From contig OY759729.1 in assembly GCA_963662585.1 (NCBI GenBank), positions 2,496,001-2,560,000 of the forward strand: a DNA stretch of 64,000 nt, in the 5' to 3' direction. A model generated the notes under the pieces. The model saw only the letters and a list, made by a program, of their open reading frames with translations, was not told where the DNA came from and did no database searches. Position 1 is the stretch's first letter. Every line of letters starts with the position of its first letter. Below, one piece after another: positions 17,702 through 27,923 of this stretch. Both the position numbers and the translations under genes were made by a program. The DNA is from Candidatus Cloacimonadales bacterium (lineage in GTDB: Bacteria; Cloacimonadota; Cloacimonadia; Cloacimonadales; JAFGVF01).

Positions 17702-19618
17702 CTAGTTTTTATAGTCTTTTAGCTTTTCTAAAATATCCAACTCTTTTCTCAACTCCTCATCTTTGATATCTGTAGCTTCTTGCGCGAAGTAAGTTATAAA
17801 TTTAGAGAATTGCTCTTTGTAGTAAGAACTAACAGCTAACTTTTGAGAATTTCTTTCCCATCTTCCTCTTCTTCGTTTTTGCTGAATTCTCTTGGCTTCT
17901 TGCTTATTATATTGCCAATCATCCTGCTGGTCATTAGCTTCTATACTTGTTTTATCATTAATCCAATCATGCATAAGATTGACATAACGGGAGAGTAAAA
18001 CAGCCTTCCTGATGCCATTATCACTTCCTCTTTTTGATTTTGTAAATTCTATATTTTCTTTAACTAACTCAGGTACACCATTTCTATCTTTGTAACTGCA
18101 AGTTAATTGAATATCTGATTTATTGCCTGTCTTTTTTAACTTGATTAAAATAATTCCACCCCTAGTCTTCCCATCCACTGATTCAGAAGGGAAGAGAGTA
18201 TTAACTTTCATTATCTCGCCAGTAGCTTGGTCTGCTTCTGGAGAACCATAGACTGCTTCGATTTTATAGTTATCACTCTTGAGATGAAGAGTAAGGTCAA
18301 ATACTAAAGGAGTAACCATATAATCAAATTGAATGTCCATTCTCTTTTTAAAATCTTTAGCACTATGAACAGAATAGTAGTTAGCTCCAGGAGTTTTGCT
18401 AATATAGTTAATTAACTCACTATTAAGATCAACTCCTACTCCAACAAAAGTAGTATAAATCTTTTTCACAGCATTAACTTTCATTACGCCCCATAAGGAA
18501 TTTTCATTGGTTACATCGCTATTAGGCATGGCATCAGTTAAAAATATTATTCTATTATCATAATCTTTAGAGTCATATTCAGGGAGCTTGCTATAGAGCT
18601 CTGCAGCAGTATTAATACCAGCATACATATTTGTACCACCACGAGGGGAAATATCATTTATATGCCTACGAATAGCATCCATATCTGTTTTCTCTACCAA
18701 ACTAAAGGGCTTTGCTAAATAAGATTGATTATCAAATAAAACAACAGCAAATCTGTCCCCACTTTTCAGATGCTTAGTTAAATCAATTATGCTCTCTTTA
18801 GCAATTTCCATTTTAGACTCTTTAGTATAGTCTTTATTAGGAGTTCTTCTTCTATTACTATCATAATAGTATCTATCAAAACTAGAACTCATAGAACCAG
18901 AAATATCAAGCACAATAGTTAAATTCAATTTTTTTCTTTTAAAAGAGCTCTCTGTTAGATTAGAATTCAAACCAACACTCAGATATAATTCTTCTTCATT
19001 AGTGAGAGGGTTCTTGTTTTTGTAGGAAGTATAGGCAGGTTCAAAGAGATGGCTTGCCTCTTTAGTAATATTATTATCGAAGAAATAATCATAGAAAATA
19101 CCTTCATGGGTAATATCTTCTTTTACTGGCATATAGTTATTTTCTATATTCTCGCGGAAATTATTAATATCTTTTGCTCCGCCAACTGAGAAGCCTAATT
19201 CGCCCTCAACTACTTCAAAATCATCGCTATAACCCCCGCCAAGATTTTTCTTTCTTGATTGAGGGTTCAGGGAAGTAGATGTTGATTGGCGTGAGCTACC
19301 TACTTTATCTCTTGAAATTGGCTTTGAACTTGGTGTAAATTGATTATGTATATCTTCTGCAGAAGTAGTTGAATCATATTCCCAATTGTCTTCTTTCTTA
19401 ATTTTGACCGTATCTTCTTTTGTTATCTCAGGTAGGGAAACTGCCTCTTCAGACTCATTCCAAATTGGGTCATATTCTGTAGTTGCGTGTCCATTTGCTG
19501 ACCTTAAAGAATCTTGTAAGCTCCCTTCCTTGTCTACTTGTAATTCTTTACAGCCTGTACTACTAATCAAAAACAACAATAGTAAGGATATAAATAGGAT
19601 AAACTGCAATTTTTTCAT
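17702..19618 (-). CDS. VWA-domain lipoprotein (paralog A)
   Basis: Lipobox STGC; MIDAS DISGS...GGTN...FLTDAMPN; low-complexity Ser/Thr-rich linker. Confidence 0.88.
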   Translation of the reverse strand: MKKLQFILFISLLLLFLISSTGCKELQVDKEGSLQDSLRSANGHATTEYDPIWNESEEAVSLPEITKEDTVKIKKEDNWEYDSTTSAEDIHNQFTPSSKPISRDKVGSSRQSTSTSLNPQSRKKNLGGGYSDDFEVVEGELGFSVGGAKDINNFRENIENNYMPVKEDITHEGIFYDYFFDNNITKEASHLFEPAYTSYKNKNPLTNEEELYLSVGLNSNLTESSFKRKKLNLTIVLDISGSMSSSFDRYYYDSNRRRTPNKDYTKESKMEIAKESIIDLTKHLKSGDRFAVVLFDNQSYLAKPFSLVEKTDMDAIRRHINDISPRGGTNMYAGINTAAELYSKLPEYDSKDYDNRIIFLTDAMPNSDVTNENSLWGVMKVNAVKKIYTTFVGVGVDLNSELINYISKTPGANYYSVHSAKDFKKRMDIQFDYMVTPLVFDLTLHLKSDNYKIEAVYGSPEADQATGEIMKVNTLFPSESVDGKTRGGIILIKLKKTGNKSDIQLTCSYKDRNGVPELVKENIEFTKSKRGSDNGIRKAVLLSRYVNLMHDWINDKTSIEANDQQDDWQYNKQEAKRIQQKRRRGRWERNSQKLAVSSYYKEQFSKFITYFAQEATDIKDEELRKELDILEKLKDYKN

Positions 19619-19645
19619 TTTTCCTCCTTAAAAAATTAATATCTA

Positions 19646-21907
19646 TTATTCAAATCTTAGATTATTAATTTCAAACTGATAATCTCCAATATCTGGATAT
19701 GACTTATTATTAAAAATAGGTTGAATTCTATCTATAAAATCTTTATCATTTATACTTCCTTTTCCCTTGATAGAAGCTATAACAATCTCATCATTTTTGA
19801 ATATTAACTTAATATCTAATTCTCCTCTAATAGTTTTCCTAAGTTTATATCTATCAAACTCCTGATTAATCCTTGGTAGGAAAACTACCATAAACCATTC
19901 ACGAATTAGTATATCTTTTCTATGAGAAAGCTCATTATCCTTAACAGGATTATTAACAGATACTCTATTCTCATCAACTAAAAAGTCTAGGATATCCGAC
20001 TCTTGTTTTAAGTCCTCATCTTTAATATCTTTGGCTTCTTTGTCAAAGTATTCTTTGAAAGTAGAAAAAATTTCTTGATAATATGAACTTACAGTTAATT
20101 GGCTAGGCCTGTTTTCCCAATTATTCTTATTCTCTGTTTCTAGTCTAGAGTTACTATATTGCCAATCATCATCACCATCATCCCTAATCTCAAGAGTCTT
20201 GTTATTAATCCAATTATGCATCAAATTTACGAAACGAGAAAGAAGAACAGCTTTTCGGATGCCATTGTCTGAGCCTTTTAACTCATGGGTAAACTTGACC
20301 TGTTCTGAAATTAATTCAGGAATACCGTTTCTATCTTTATAACTACATTTTAACAGTAGATCATCATTTCCTTTCCCAACTTTCTTTAATTTAACTAAGA
20401 TTATTCCTCCTCTAGTTTTACCATCTTTAGATTCAGAAGGGAAAAGAGTATTAACCTTCATTATCTCACCTGTAGCTTGATTGGCTTCTGGAGCGCCATA
20501 AATGGCTTCAATATCATATTTATCGCTTTTTAAATGCAGGGTTAAATCAAAAACTAAAGGAGTAACCATGAAGTCAAATTGAGTATCCATTCGCTTTATA
20601 AATTCTTGAGCATTATGGACTGAATAATAATTTGCGCCAGGTGTTTTGGTAATATAGTTGATTAATTCATTATTTAGGTCAACCCCTACTCCAATAAAAG
20701 TAGTATATACTTTCTTTTCAGCATTAACTTTCATTAAGCCCCAGATAGAGTTTTTATCAGTTACACTTTTATTAGGCATAGCATCAGTTAAAAAGATTAT
20801 TCTGTTATCATATTCATTCGTGTCATAGTTTGGGAGTTTTTCATACAGCTCTGAAGCAGTAGAGAAACCAGCATACATATTAGTGCTACCACCTGATGTA
20901 ATACTTCTTATATGTTCTCGAATAGCTTGCATATTAGTCTTATTAAGCAAGTTAAAAGGTTTTGCTAAATGAGCTTGACTATCAAAAAGAACAACTGCTA
21001 ATCTATCATCTTTATTCAGGTGCTTGGTTAAATCTATCATACACTCTTTGGCAATCTCAATCTTTGATCTTGCATCCCATTCACCATCATACTTAATGTT
21101 ATTTCTCTGTCTTCCATCATAGTAATATTGGCTAAAGCCATGATTCATTGACCCTGAAATATCCAAAACAATAGTTAAGTTTAATTTCTTTCTTTCAAAA
21201 GATGACGCTTTTAGGTTAGAATTAAGTCCAACACTCAAGTATAATTCCTCTTCATTAGTGAGAGGATGTTTGTTTTTATAAGAAGTGTAAGAAGGTTCAA
21301 ACAGGTGTGTAGCCTCTTTTTCAATATTGTTATCAAAGAAATAATCATAGAAAATTCCTTCATGAGTTATATCTTCTTCAATTGGCATAAATCCCTTCTT
21401 AATGTTTTCACGGAAGTTACCAATATCCTTAGCTCCACCTACAGAAAAACCTAAATTATCACTTAAAGAGCTGACATTTGGGCTAGCTAATCCTTTAACG
21501 ACACTTCTCTCAATACTAGTTCCATCATTGTAGCTAGTTTTTGCAACTACTGAAACACGGCTTCTTGATGCGGTCATAGTTGACATAGTATTATCCGTTA
21601 CATAACTGTCTAGACTAGATGTGACACCATCACCAAGATTTGATGCTATTTGACTGAGAGACTTTTCTTCAATAATTTCATTAGTAGCAAGAGTCGCAAT
21701 TCTTCTTTCATAAGCTTCTTTCATTTGCTCATCATGATTTTTCTCAGGGGTTACTTCTTCTTCAAGTTTCTTATCTGAAGTAATTGTGTCTAAAATAGTC
21801 TTTAAAGAGTCCTCGGCTGTAACTTCTATACTTTCCTTTGCTTTTTTACAGGCTGTAAATATTAGAAGAAATGAAAGTACAATAACTGATAGTCGTAACT
21901 TATTCAT
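19646..21907 (-). CDS. VWA-domain lipoprotein (paralog B) with extra C-terminal domain
   Basis: Lipobox FTAC; same core (GFSVGGAKDI.NFRENI, DISGSM, FLTDAMPN); ~100 extra C-terminal residues. Confidence 0.88.
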   Translation of the reverse strand: MNKLRLSVIVLSFLLIFTACKKAKESIEVTAEDSLKTILDTITSDKKLEEEVTPEKNHDEQMKEAYERRIATLATNEIIEEKSLSQIASNLGDGVTSSLDSYVTDNTMSTMTASRSRVSVVAKTSYNDGTSIERSVVKGLASPNVSSLSDNLGFSVGGAKDIGNFRENIKKGFMPIEEDITHEGIFYDYFFDNNIEKEATHLFEPSYTSYKNKHPLTNEEELYLSVGLNSNLKASSFERKKLNLTIVLDISGSMNHGFSQYYYDGRQRNNIKYDGEWDARSKIEIAKECMIDLTKHLNKDDRLAVVLFDSQAHLAKPFNLLNKTNMQAIREHIRSITSGGSTNMYAGFSTASELYEKLPNYDTNEYDNRIIFLTDAMPNKSVTDKNSIWGLMKVNAEKKVYTTFIGVGVDLNNELINYITKTPGANYYSVHNAQEFIKRMDTQFDFMVTPLVFDLTLHLKSDKYDIEAIYGAPEANQATGEIMKVNTLFPSESKDGKTRGGIILVKLKKVGKGNDDLLLKCSYKDRNGIPELISEQVKFTHELKGSDNGIRKAVLLSRFVNLMHNWINNKTLEIRDDGDDDWQYSNSRLETENKNNWENRPSQLTVSSYYQEIFSTFKEYFDKEAKDIKDEDLKQESDILDFLVDENRVSVNNPVKDNELSHRKDILIREWFMVVFLPRINQEFDRYKLRKTIRGELDIKLIFKNDEIVIASIKGKGSINDKDFIDRIQPIFNNKSYPDIGDYQFEINNLRFE

Positions 21908-22033
21908 GTTAACCTCCTATTTAAAATATTATAGACAAATAATGATGGAAAATAATATGTAGTCAAGCTAAAAATAGGGAATAAATAATTTAATTTGATA
22001 ATATTTAACAAAAAAAATTATTAACTTTTTTAT

Positions 22034-22064
22034 AAAAAAATAGAGACAGTAGCTACTGTCTCTA
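22034..22064 (-). terminator. Terminator of osmC
   Basis: TAGAGACAGTAG/CTACTGTCTCTA palindrome preceded by an A-run on the + strand. Confidence 0.75.
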
Positions 22065-22124
22065 TAGTTAACTATGATTAGAAGATATCTCAAGCCTTTA
22101 CGATAGGTTTCAATATATCTTATT

Positions 22125-22556
22125 TTAAATTTTACAGGAAACTTTCACACCTTTCAATGTATCAGAAACAGGACATCTCTCTTCTATAAGAGCAAGTAGC
22201 TTTTCAATATTCTCTTTTGGAGAAGGAGAATCGATATTTATTTTATATCTAATCTCTTGATATCCAGTTCTTACATCAGGGTTAATTCCAAGAAAACCTT
22301 CTGGGTCTAAATCACCTTCAATATCTACATTACATCCTTTAAGATCAACACCACACTTTTTCGCGAAAGCGGCTGCACAAATAGTCATACATCCACCTAA
22401 AGCATTCAAAAGCAATTCTACTGGGTTCATTGCTTTATCGCTTCCTCCAAGTTCTTTGGGTTCATCTAAGCCTACAGTGAAATCTCTAGAAGTTCCTTCA
22501 CTATAAACACCTACTTGCGACCATTTAACATTAGCTTTAAAAACAGTATTAGCCAT
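22125..22556 (-). CDS. OsmC/Ohr-family protein
   Basis: DEPKELGGSD.AMNPVELLL.ALGGC, ERCPVSDTL. Confidence 0.92.
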   Translation of the reverse strand: MANTVFKANVKWSQVGVYSEGTSRDFTVGLDEPKELGGSDKAMNPVELLLNALGGCMTICAAAFAKKCGVDLKGCNVDIEGDLDPEGFLGINPDVRTGYQEIRYKINIDSPSPKENIEKLLALIEERCPVSDTLKGVKVSCKI

Positions 22557-22858
22557 TTTTAGCCCTCCAATAAATTTTTATACAATAATAATGAGGTTAC
22601 TAGATAAAGCAAGTTTTTTAGCTATAAATTAATATTTTTTATAAATCATAGTTTAAATAACTTGTAAAAATAACATAAATGATATCTCTTTTGAAGAAAA
22701 AAATGATTATTTTATGATTTCGTAAAATCTTTTATAACAGAAAAATAGGTAAAGAAATCTTGGTTTGTTAATAAATTATATCAAAAAATATTTAAAAAAG
22801 TATTGACAGATTATCAGGTATTTTCTAATTTGATTAAACTTAACTTATACGAAGTAAC

Positions 22859-22933
22859 GGTCCAGTAACTCAGTGGTAGAGTATCTGCCTTTTAAGTAGA
22901 GAGTCGATGGTTCGAGCCCATCCTGGATCACCA
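22859..22933 (+). tRNA. tRNA-Lys(UUU)
   Basis: Acceptor GGTCCAG/CTGGATC, anticodon arm TCTGC-CTTTTAA-GTAGA, GTTCGAG T-loop, encoded CCA; TTGACA upstream at 22803. Confidence 0.96.
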
Positions 22934-22936
22934 TTT

Positions 22937-23011
22937 GACCCCTTCGTCTAGTGGTTAGGACTCAAGATTTTCATTCTTGCAACAGGGGTTCGATTCCCCT
23001 AGGGGTCGCCA
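22937..23011 (+). tRNA. tRNA-Glu(UUC)
   Basis: Acceptor GACCCCT/AGGGGTC, anticodon arm CAAGA-TTTTCAT-TCTTG, GTTCGAT T-loop, encoded CCA. Confidence 0.96.
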
Positions 23012-23048
23012 AGAGAGCTTATCAGCGTGATGAGCTCTCTTTTTTTTT
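23012..23048 (+). terminator. tRNA operon terminator
   Basis: AGAGAGCT...AGCTCTCT followed by a long T-run. Confidence 0.88.
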
Positions 23049-23112
23049 ATAAAAAATAAGTTGCCCAAATTAGTTACTTTCGTAATATTGGTATAATAAT
23101 AAAGAGGTGCTT

Positions 23113-23742
23113 ATGAATAAGATTAAATTTATATTACTAATAGTTGTAGGCTTAATATTATTAGTAGGGTGTGAAGAAGGTGCAAGTATAAAGATTATAA
23201 ATGAAACGAACTATAATGTCTATGCTGAAATTGATGGAGATAATTATACTGTAAGTGGTGATAGTAGTACTAAAATTAATGTAGATACCAAAGAAAAGGT
23301 CTTTCTTTTTGATGATGGTGTTACTAAAAAGACTTTGAAGATTGAGGGAGAGACTTTCAGAATCTGGGATGACTATGAAGGCTTACCATTAGAAGAAACT
23401 GAAGTAAAAGTCACTCCTGGAAAAACTTATAATATTTATTGTAGTGCCAACAGTGCATCTGTCAAAGTAGTTAATAACTCAACTCGAGATATAAGTAAAC
23501 TAAGCTATCGAATGAGAACCCAATTCTCATCTTCTGAATTGTTTTCCATAACTTTTGATCCTCCATTAACAACTGGTGAGTTTGCTTATGAACATATAAT
23601 TCCTCAAACAGAAGAAAATAGATTCTATTATAATTTTGAAGTTGAATCTGATGGTGAGTTAATCTATAGTATTGGTGATCAATTTCAAGGTGTTGAATTA
23701 TTCATGGGCCAACAACACTTGATAGAAATTGGTGGTAGATAA
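23113..23742 (+). CDS. Hypothetical lipoprotein
   Basis: Lipobox LVGC; beta-rich, with two similar 'ASIKIINET / ASVKVVNNS' module starts; GAGG RBS before ATG 23113. Confidence 0.75.
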   Translation: MNKIKFILLIVVGLILLVGCEEGASIKIINETNYNVYAEIDGDNYTVSGDSSTKINVDTKEKVFLFDDGVTKKTLKIEGETFRIWDDYEGLPLEETEVKVTPGKTYNIYCSANSASVKVVNNSTRDISKLSYRMRTQFSSSELFSITFDPPLTTGEFAYEHIIPQTEENRFYYNFEVESDGELIYSIGDQFQGVELFMGQQHLIEIGGR

Positions 23743-23968
23743 GAAAGAAGTAGCTTGAAATTAGCTTAGTATTGGCATAAATTTGGCTTAAAAGTGCTTT
23801 TGTAAGGATAATAATTTTAAAACTATATCTTCAAAGATTTTTTCCTTAGCCCTTGTTAGAACTTTTAGAGAAAAAATGCTTTCTGAGATAAGAGAAAAAT
23901 TTTATTCTTATTTCTATAATATCATGTAGAGAAACAGCTAAATCTCCTATTTAGCACTGTAAGAAAGC

Positions 23969-24313
23969 TCAAGAAAAGCCATTCCTGAATCTAAAATAAA
24001 CTACAACAATGAGTATTATTAACAATAGAATAAAGATAATCCAAGACCAAATACTTTCTTTTTGCTTGGATAGTTCAGCAATAACTTCTTTGTTAGTTTT
24101 AATAAAATTTGCAGGAAGATCTCTAAAATTATCTTCATGAACTAATTTATTCCTAATAGTAGCTATATATCTAATCTTCTTAACTAAATCAGGAGATAGT
24201 TTTGCTTCAACTGAAGTAACTTTACTGTGCAATCCCTTACCATTAGCCTGATATCTCTCAGCTAGCAATTTCTCTATCTTTTTATTATACTCTATAATTT
24301 TCCATTTATTCAT
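23969..24313 (-). CDS. DUF4145/HEPN-like protein with C-terminal TM helix
   Basis: GKGLH...IRYIATIRNKLVHE (RxxxxH); hydrophobic C-terminus. Confidence 0.7.
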   Translation of the reverse strand: MNKWKIIEYNKKIEKLLAERYQANGKGLHSKVTSVEAKLSPDLVKKIRYIATIRNKLVHEDNFRDLPANFIKTNKEVIAELSKQKESIWSWIIFILLLIILIVVVYFRFRNGFS

Positions 24314-24327
24314 TATATAATATTAAT

Positions 24328-25695
24328 TTATTCACTAATTATGTCAAGGCTTTTCCATTTACCTTGTTTAAATCTTAGGAATAATACTAGGCTGAAACTG
24401 AGGAAGGTAAAGACAAGGACTCCCCAGCCAGTAACTGCTGATAGACCTAATATTTTCAAGCTAACAAAGAGATTTGCAACTGCTAACCAGTGCATTATGA
24501 TAAAGGCAAACATGGTCCAGTGGGTATCTCCTGCTCCTCTCAAAGCTCCCACAAAAGAGATAGTAACTGCATCGGCAAAGATATAGATAGTTGCTAATCT
24601 TAGCATTGCTTTTGCCATAGGAAAGGCCTCTTTGAAGATATCAGAAGGTGAATCAGGTTTAAAGAAATTTACTAATGCATCGGTAGTGAATACATAGAGT
24701 AAGAAGATTATTCCGGAATATACTAATGCTGTTTTAATGCCTGAATAGGTTGCTTTGCTGGCACTTTTAATATCTTTAGCGCCCATGTATTTTCCAACTA
24801 GACTAGTTACTGCTATCTGAATACCTATCAAGGGCATGAAAGAAACATAATCCCAATTGAACATTATTGTGGAAGCTGTTGCAGATATTGCTCCTTCTGA
24901 ATGAAGTAGTAAAATCATGCTTGTGAAGGCGGCAAGACTCATAAAACTTTCAAAGCCTTGAGGTAGTCCATACCAGAGGAGTTTCTTCATTATTTCAGGA
25001 TTGAATTTAAAAGATGTCATAATATGAAAGTCCTCTCTAATTGTCTTAGAAAAATAGAGCATGAATAATATTAAGACACCAACAAAAGCCCCGATATTAG
25101 TTCCAATTGCCGCACCTCTAATTCCTAAGGCTGGGAAGCCAAACTTTCCATAGATCAAAGTGTAATTACATACCACATTGGTAATTAAAGAGGCTACAGC
25201 TGCTATCATTATGAATTTTGTTTTTCCTAATCCAGAAAAGAAAGATCCTAAAGCAGTTCTTAAAAGTAAGAAGATAGAACCCCACAGGAGGGTTGAGAAA
25301 TATTCTACTTGTAAAGGGAGCTGATTGGGTGGGATATTCATATATTGGAATATAACTTTGGAAAGAGGGGTAGTGATAAGTAATATAGGATAAGCCAGTA
25401 TGGCGATTAAAATTGCTTGAAAAGTCGTTACTGCCGACCTACTTTTAAAGCCAGCTCCTAGATATTGGGCAACTAAAGCTGTTGAATAGCTAATTAACCC
25501 TGTAAAGAATATTGTGAAAGTAGTTAGATAGACTCCGCCACCTAAGGATGCATTCATGTGATCAGGACTCAATTTAGACAAGAATATCCTGTCTGTAAAG
25601 GTCATTATCGCATCACAGCCCATAGAGGCAAACATAGGGAGAGCAATTAATAGCATTTCAATAATACCACCCTTGGGGTGTTTGTTTTCATTCAT
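24328..25695 (-). CDS. MATE-family efflux transporter
   Basis: About 12 TMs; TDRIFL, FFSGLGKT, GFPALGIRGAAIGT, GALRGAGDT. Confidence 0.93.
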   Translation of the reverse strand: MNENKHPKGGIIEMLLIALPMFASMGCDAIMTFTDRIFLSKLSPDHMNASLGGGVYLTTFTIFFTGLISYSTALVAQYLGAGFKSRSAVTTFQAILIAILAYPILLITTPLSKVIFQYMNIPPNQLPLQVEYFSTLLWGSIFLLLRTALGSFFSGLGKTKFIMIAAVASLITNVVCNYTLIYGKFGFPALGIRGAAIGTNIGAFVGVLILFMLYFSKTIREDFHIMTSFKFNPEIMKKLLWYGLPQGFESFMSLAAFTSMILLLHSEGAISATASTIMFNWDYVSFMPLIGIQIAVTSLVGKYMGAKDIKSASKATYSGIKTALVYSGIIFLLYVFTTDALVNFFKPDSPSDIFKEAFPMAKAMLRLATIYIFADAVTISFVGALRGAGDTHWTMFAFIIMHWLAVANLFVSLKILGLSAVTGWGVLVFTFLSFSLVLFLRFKQGKWKSLDIISE

Positions 25696-25910
25696 CTAAC
25701 TATCCTCAATTAAAATTATTACATTAATGTCACAAAAATATAGGAAGTTATTTCGGCAAGGTTTTTAAATTAGTAATCAATAATTCAGTAGCATTTGCAA
25801 TCTTTATCTGTGAGGCTTTAGCTTCAGCATAGACTTGCCAAGGTTTTCTGCAAGATCTAGATTAAATCTGACTTAAGTAACCGAGGATGGTCAATAAAAG
25901 TAATGCTAAT

Positions 25911-25936
25911 AAAAAAAAGCTCTCCGAAGAGAGCTA
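25911..25936 (-). terminator. Terminator after the HU-bS22 operon
   Basis: AGCTCTC-cgaa-GAGAGCT hairpin with an A-run on the + strand. Confidence 0.8.
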
Positions 25937-25955
25937 AAATCGTAAGATTTAAAAG

Positions 25956-26045
25956 TTATTTTTTTTTGTGTCTGTTTTTGCGAAGTCTTTTCTTCCTCTT
26001 GTGAGTAGAAATCTTATGTCTTTTTCTTTTTTTACCGCATGGCAT
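25956..26045 (-). CDS. 29-aa basic peptide, bS22/mS38 (AURKAIP1/COX24-like) small ribosomal protein; not in the ORF track
   Basis: MPCGKKRKRHKISTHKRKKRLRKNRHKKK*; RBS AAGGAG; 11 nt downstream of the HU stop. Confidence 0.85.
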   Translation of the reverse strand: MPCGKKRKRHKISTHKRKKRLRKNRHKKK

Positions 26046-26056
26046 AGTATTGCTCC

Positions 26057-26341
26057 TTATTTAAATGTGTCTATAATTTCATTTTTAAATTCGCGTGAGA
26101 ATTTAAAAGTAGGAACTGTTCTTTCAGGAACTGGTATAGTTGCATCAGTTCTAGGGTTTCTTCCTGTTCTTGGCTTTCTTTGTTTCAATTTGAAAGTACC
26201 AAATCCACGAATTTCGATATGGTTCCCATCTTTCAAGCAATCTTTCGTAGTAGTGAAGAAACTATCAACGATTACGCTTACATCTTTTCTGATAATACCA
26301 GTCTCATTAGCTATGATTTTTACTAAATCTGCTTTTGTCAT
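26057..26341 (-). CDS. hup: HU/IHF DNA-binding protein
   Basis: MTKADLV, IEIRGFGTF, RTGRNPRT. Confidence 0.93.
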   Translation of the reverse strand: MTKADLVKIIANETGIIRKDVSVIVDSFFTTTKDCLKDGNHIEIRGFGTFKLKQRKPRTGRNPRTDATIPVPERTVPTFKFSREFKNEIIDTFK

Positions 26342-26723
26342 TTCTTCTCCTTATTATAACAATATTATTTCTTTCTTTATTATATAAAGTATTTAAAAAT
26401 ATTACTTTAGAATATCTGTCAAGCATTTTATGGAAAAAGATAAAAATACCTTTTAATTAATAAAATTAGATTATAAAAAAAACTTATAATCTCTCAACAA
26501 GAAAATAAAGTATAACCCATTTGTTTAATTATGGATTATCTGTCAAGACATCTTTATGCTATTCTTAAATTTAGTCAATTTTCTTGGCATAAGAATATTC
26601 ACATATAGAGGTAAAGGCAAGACTGGAATTCTTAAGATAATTTTTTGAGCAAGACTAGTTAATTTCTCAAAATTATTTTTGTAAAAAGAGAAGAAAAACT
26701 CAATATCTTAAAGTATATATTTT

Positions 26724-27923
26724 TTAAAATTTGTATTTAACAGAAATTTCAGAAGCTAAACCGTTAGACTTTCCACCTAAGAAGTTAGGTCCATCGAATA
26801 GCAATTCTTTTTCTAAGATACTATCGACACTGAACTTACCAAAGTTAAAGGTTAAACCTAAATTCATGTAAAACTCTTTTTCATAATACTCATATTTAGT
26901 TCCATTAGACTTAAACATTATATGAGCATAAGTTTGATTTGCACCAAATCTTCCAGTTAGCCATGAAGTAATTTCTGATTCTGCAGCAAGATTGTATTCA
27001 GGGAAGTAAAGAGTATTAAATTCAACGGTTCTTTTAACGGAGTCAGAATCAGTATCATTATATTCTGTTAATTTATTTGTTGTGGGATTGTAGATAATCG
27101 GTGTAACTCCAAAAATAAGATTGTTCTTGTTATTTGCTTTATATTGCATGCTAAATCCTAGATCAAATATTATACCTGTGAGTTCTTTCTTACTTTTGTC
27201 AAAATTATCAAGATTTTTATAATCCACCTTCATATCCTTCATAGCGAAACCAACTTTTACAGCTAACTCTAAGTTAGATTCCGGCCTATAAAATTTTCTG
27301 CCATCAAGGGAAAGAGATGTATAGCTCAATTCAAAATAATTTAGCTCTTCATCATTTACTTCATAACTTTCACCTTCAACATCAGTAACATTAGCCAATT
27401 CAAATCTAAGTCCAATATCTAGGTCATTAGCGGAATAACCACCAAAAAAAGAGCAGAAATTTGCAACAGGATCTATATTTAAAGTAGAGCCATTGTATAA
27501 ACTGTATTTAGTAGCTGAGTTAAAATCGGATGAAGTTCCAAAACCTACAGCAAATTTATCCATAAAACCAAAGTTGAACTCAACACTTTTGGTAATATCC
27601 ATGTCATAAATTGTATCTTCTGGAGGCTGGTAATACCAAAAATTTTCGTTGATCTCTGTATCATGGTTTAAATATATTCCTAGTTTGTATTCAAGAATAG
27701 GAATATTTGCACTCATAGACCATTGAGTAGAAGCAGCTGTTTGATTTAATTCGCCAACAACCACACCGCTATAGTTAAAGATAGTTGCAGGGAACATAAA
27801 GACATCAGTATCATCTTGAATCAAGCCGTAAGGATTTCCTAAGCCACTCATTCTACTTTGAGTCGCAAATACACTTATAATAACAAATAAGCTTAGTAAT
27901 AAAATTAATATTACTTTCTTCAT
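26724..27923 (-). CDS. Outer-membrane beta-barrel protein (paralog 1)
   Basis: Signal peptide VFA|TQSR; alternating beta-strand pattern; C-terminal VKYKF. Confidence 0.75.
   Translation of the reverse strand: MKKVILILLLSLFVIISVFATQSRMSGLGNPYGLIQDDTDVFMFPATIFNYSGVVVGELNQTAASTQWSMSANIPILEYKLGIYLNHDTEINENFWYYQPPEDTIYDMDITKSVEFNFGFMDKFAVGFGTSSDFNSATKYSLYNGSTLNIDPVANFCSFFGGYSANDLDIGLRFELANVTDVEGESYEVNDEELNYFELSYTSLSLDGRKFYRPESNLELAVKVGFAMKDMKVDYKNLDNFDKSKKELTGIIFDLGFSMQYKANNKNNLIFGVTPIIYNPTTNKLTEYNDTDSDSVKRTVEFNTLYFPEYNLAAESEITSWLTGRFGANQTYAHIMFKSNGTKYEYYEKEFYMNLGLTFNFGKFSVDSILEKELLFDGPNFLGGKSNGLASEISVKYKF

Noticed and set aside
22859..23742. tRNA-anchored genomic island
   Set aside because: I saw no duplicate of either tRNA 3' end and no integrase; a normal terminator follows tRNA-Glu.
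23765..23795. Sigma54 promoter (TTGGCATAAATTTGGC)
   Set aside because: The -12 element does not match TTGC and no co-oriented gene follows.
25700..25910. Riboswitch or ncRNA upstream of MATE
   Set aside because: I could not recognise any conserved aptamer or stable structure; an Rfam/Infernal scan would settle it.
25968..26387. 139-aa + strand ORF
   Set aside because: Antisense shadow of HU and the bS22-like gene.
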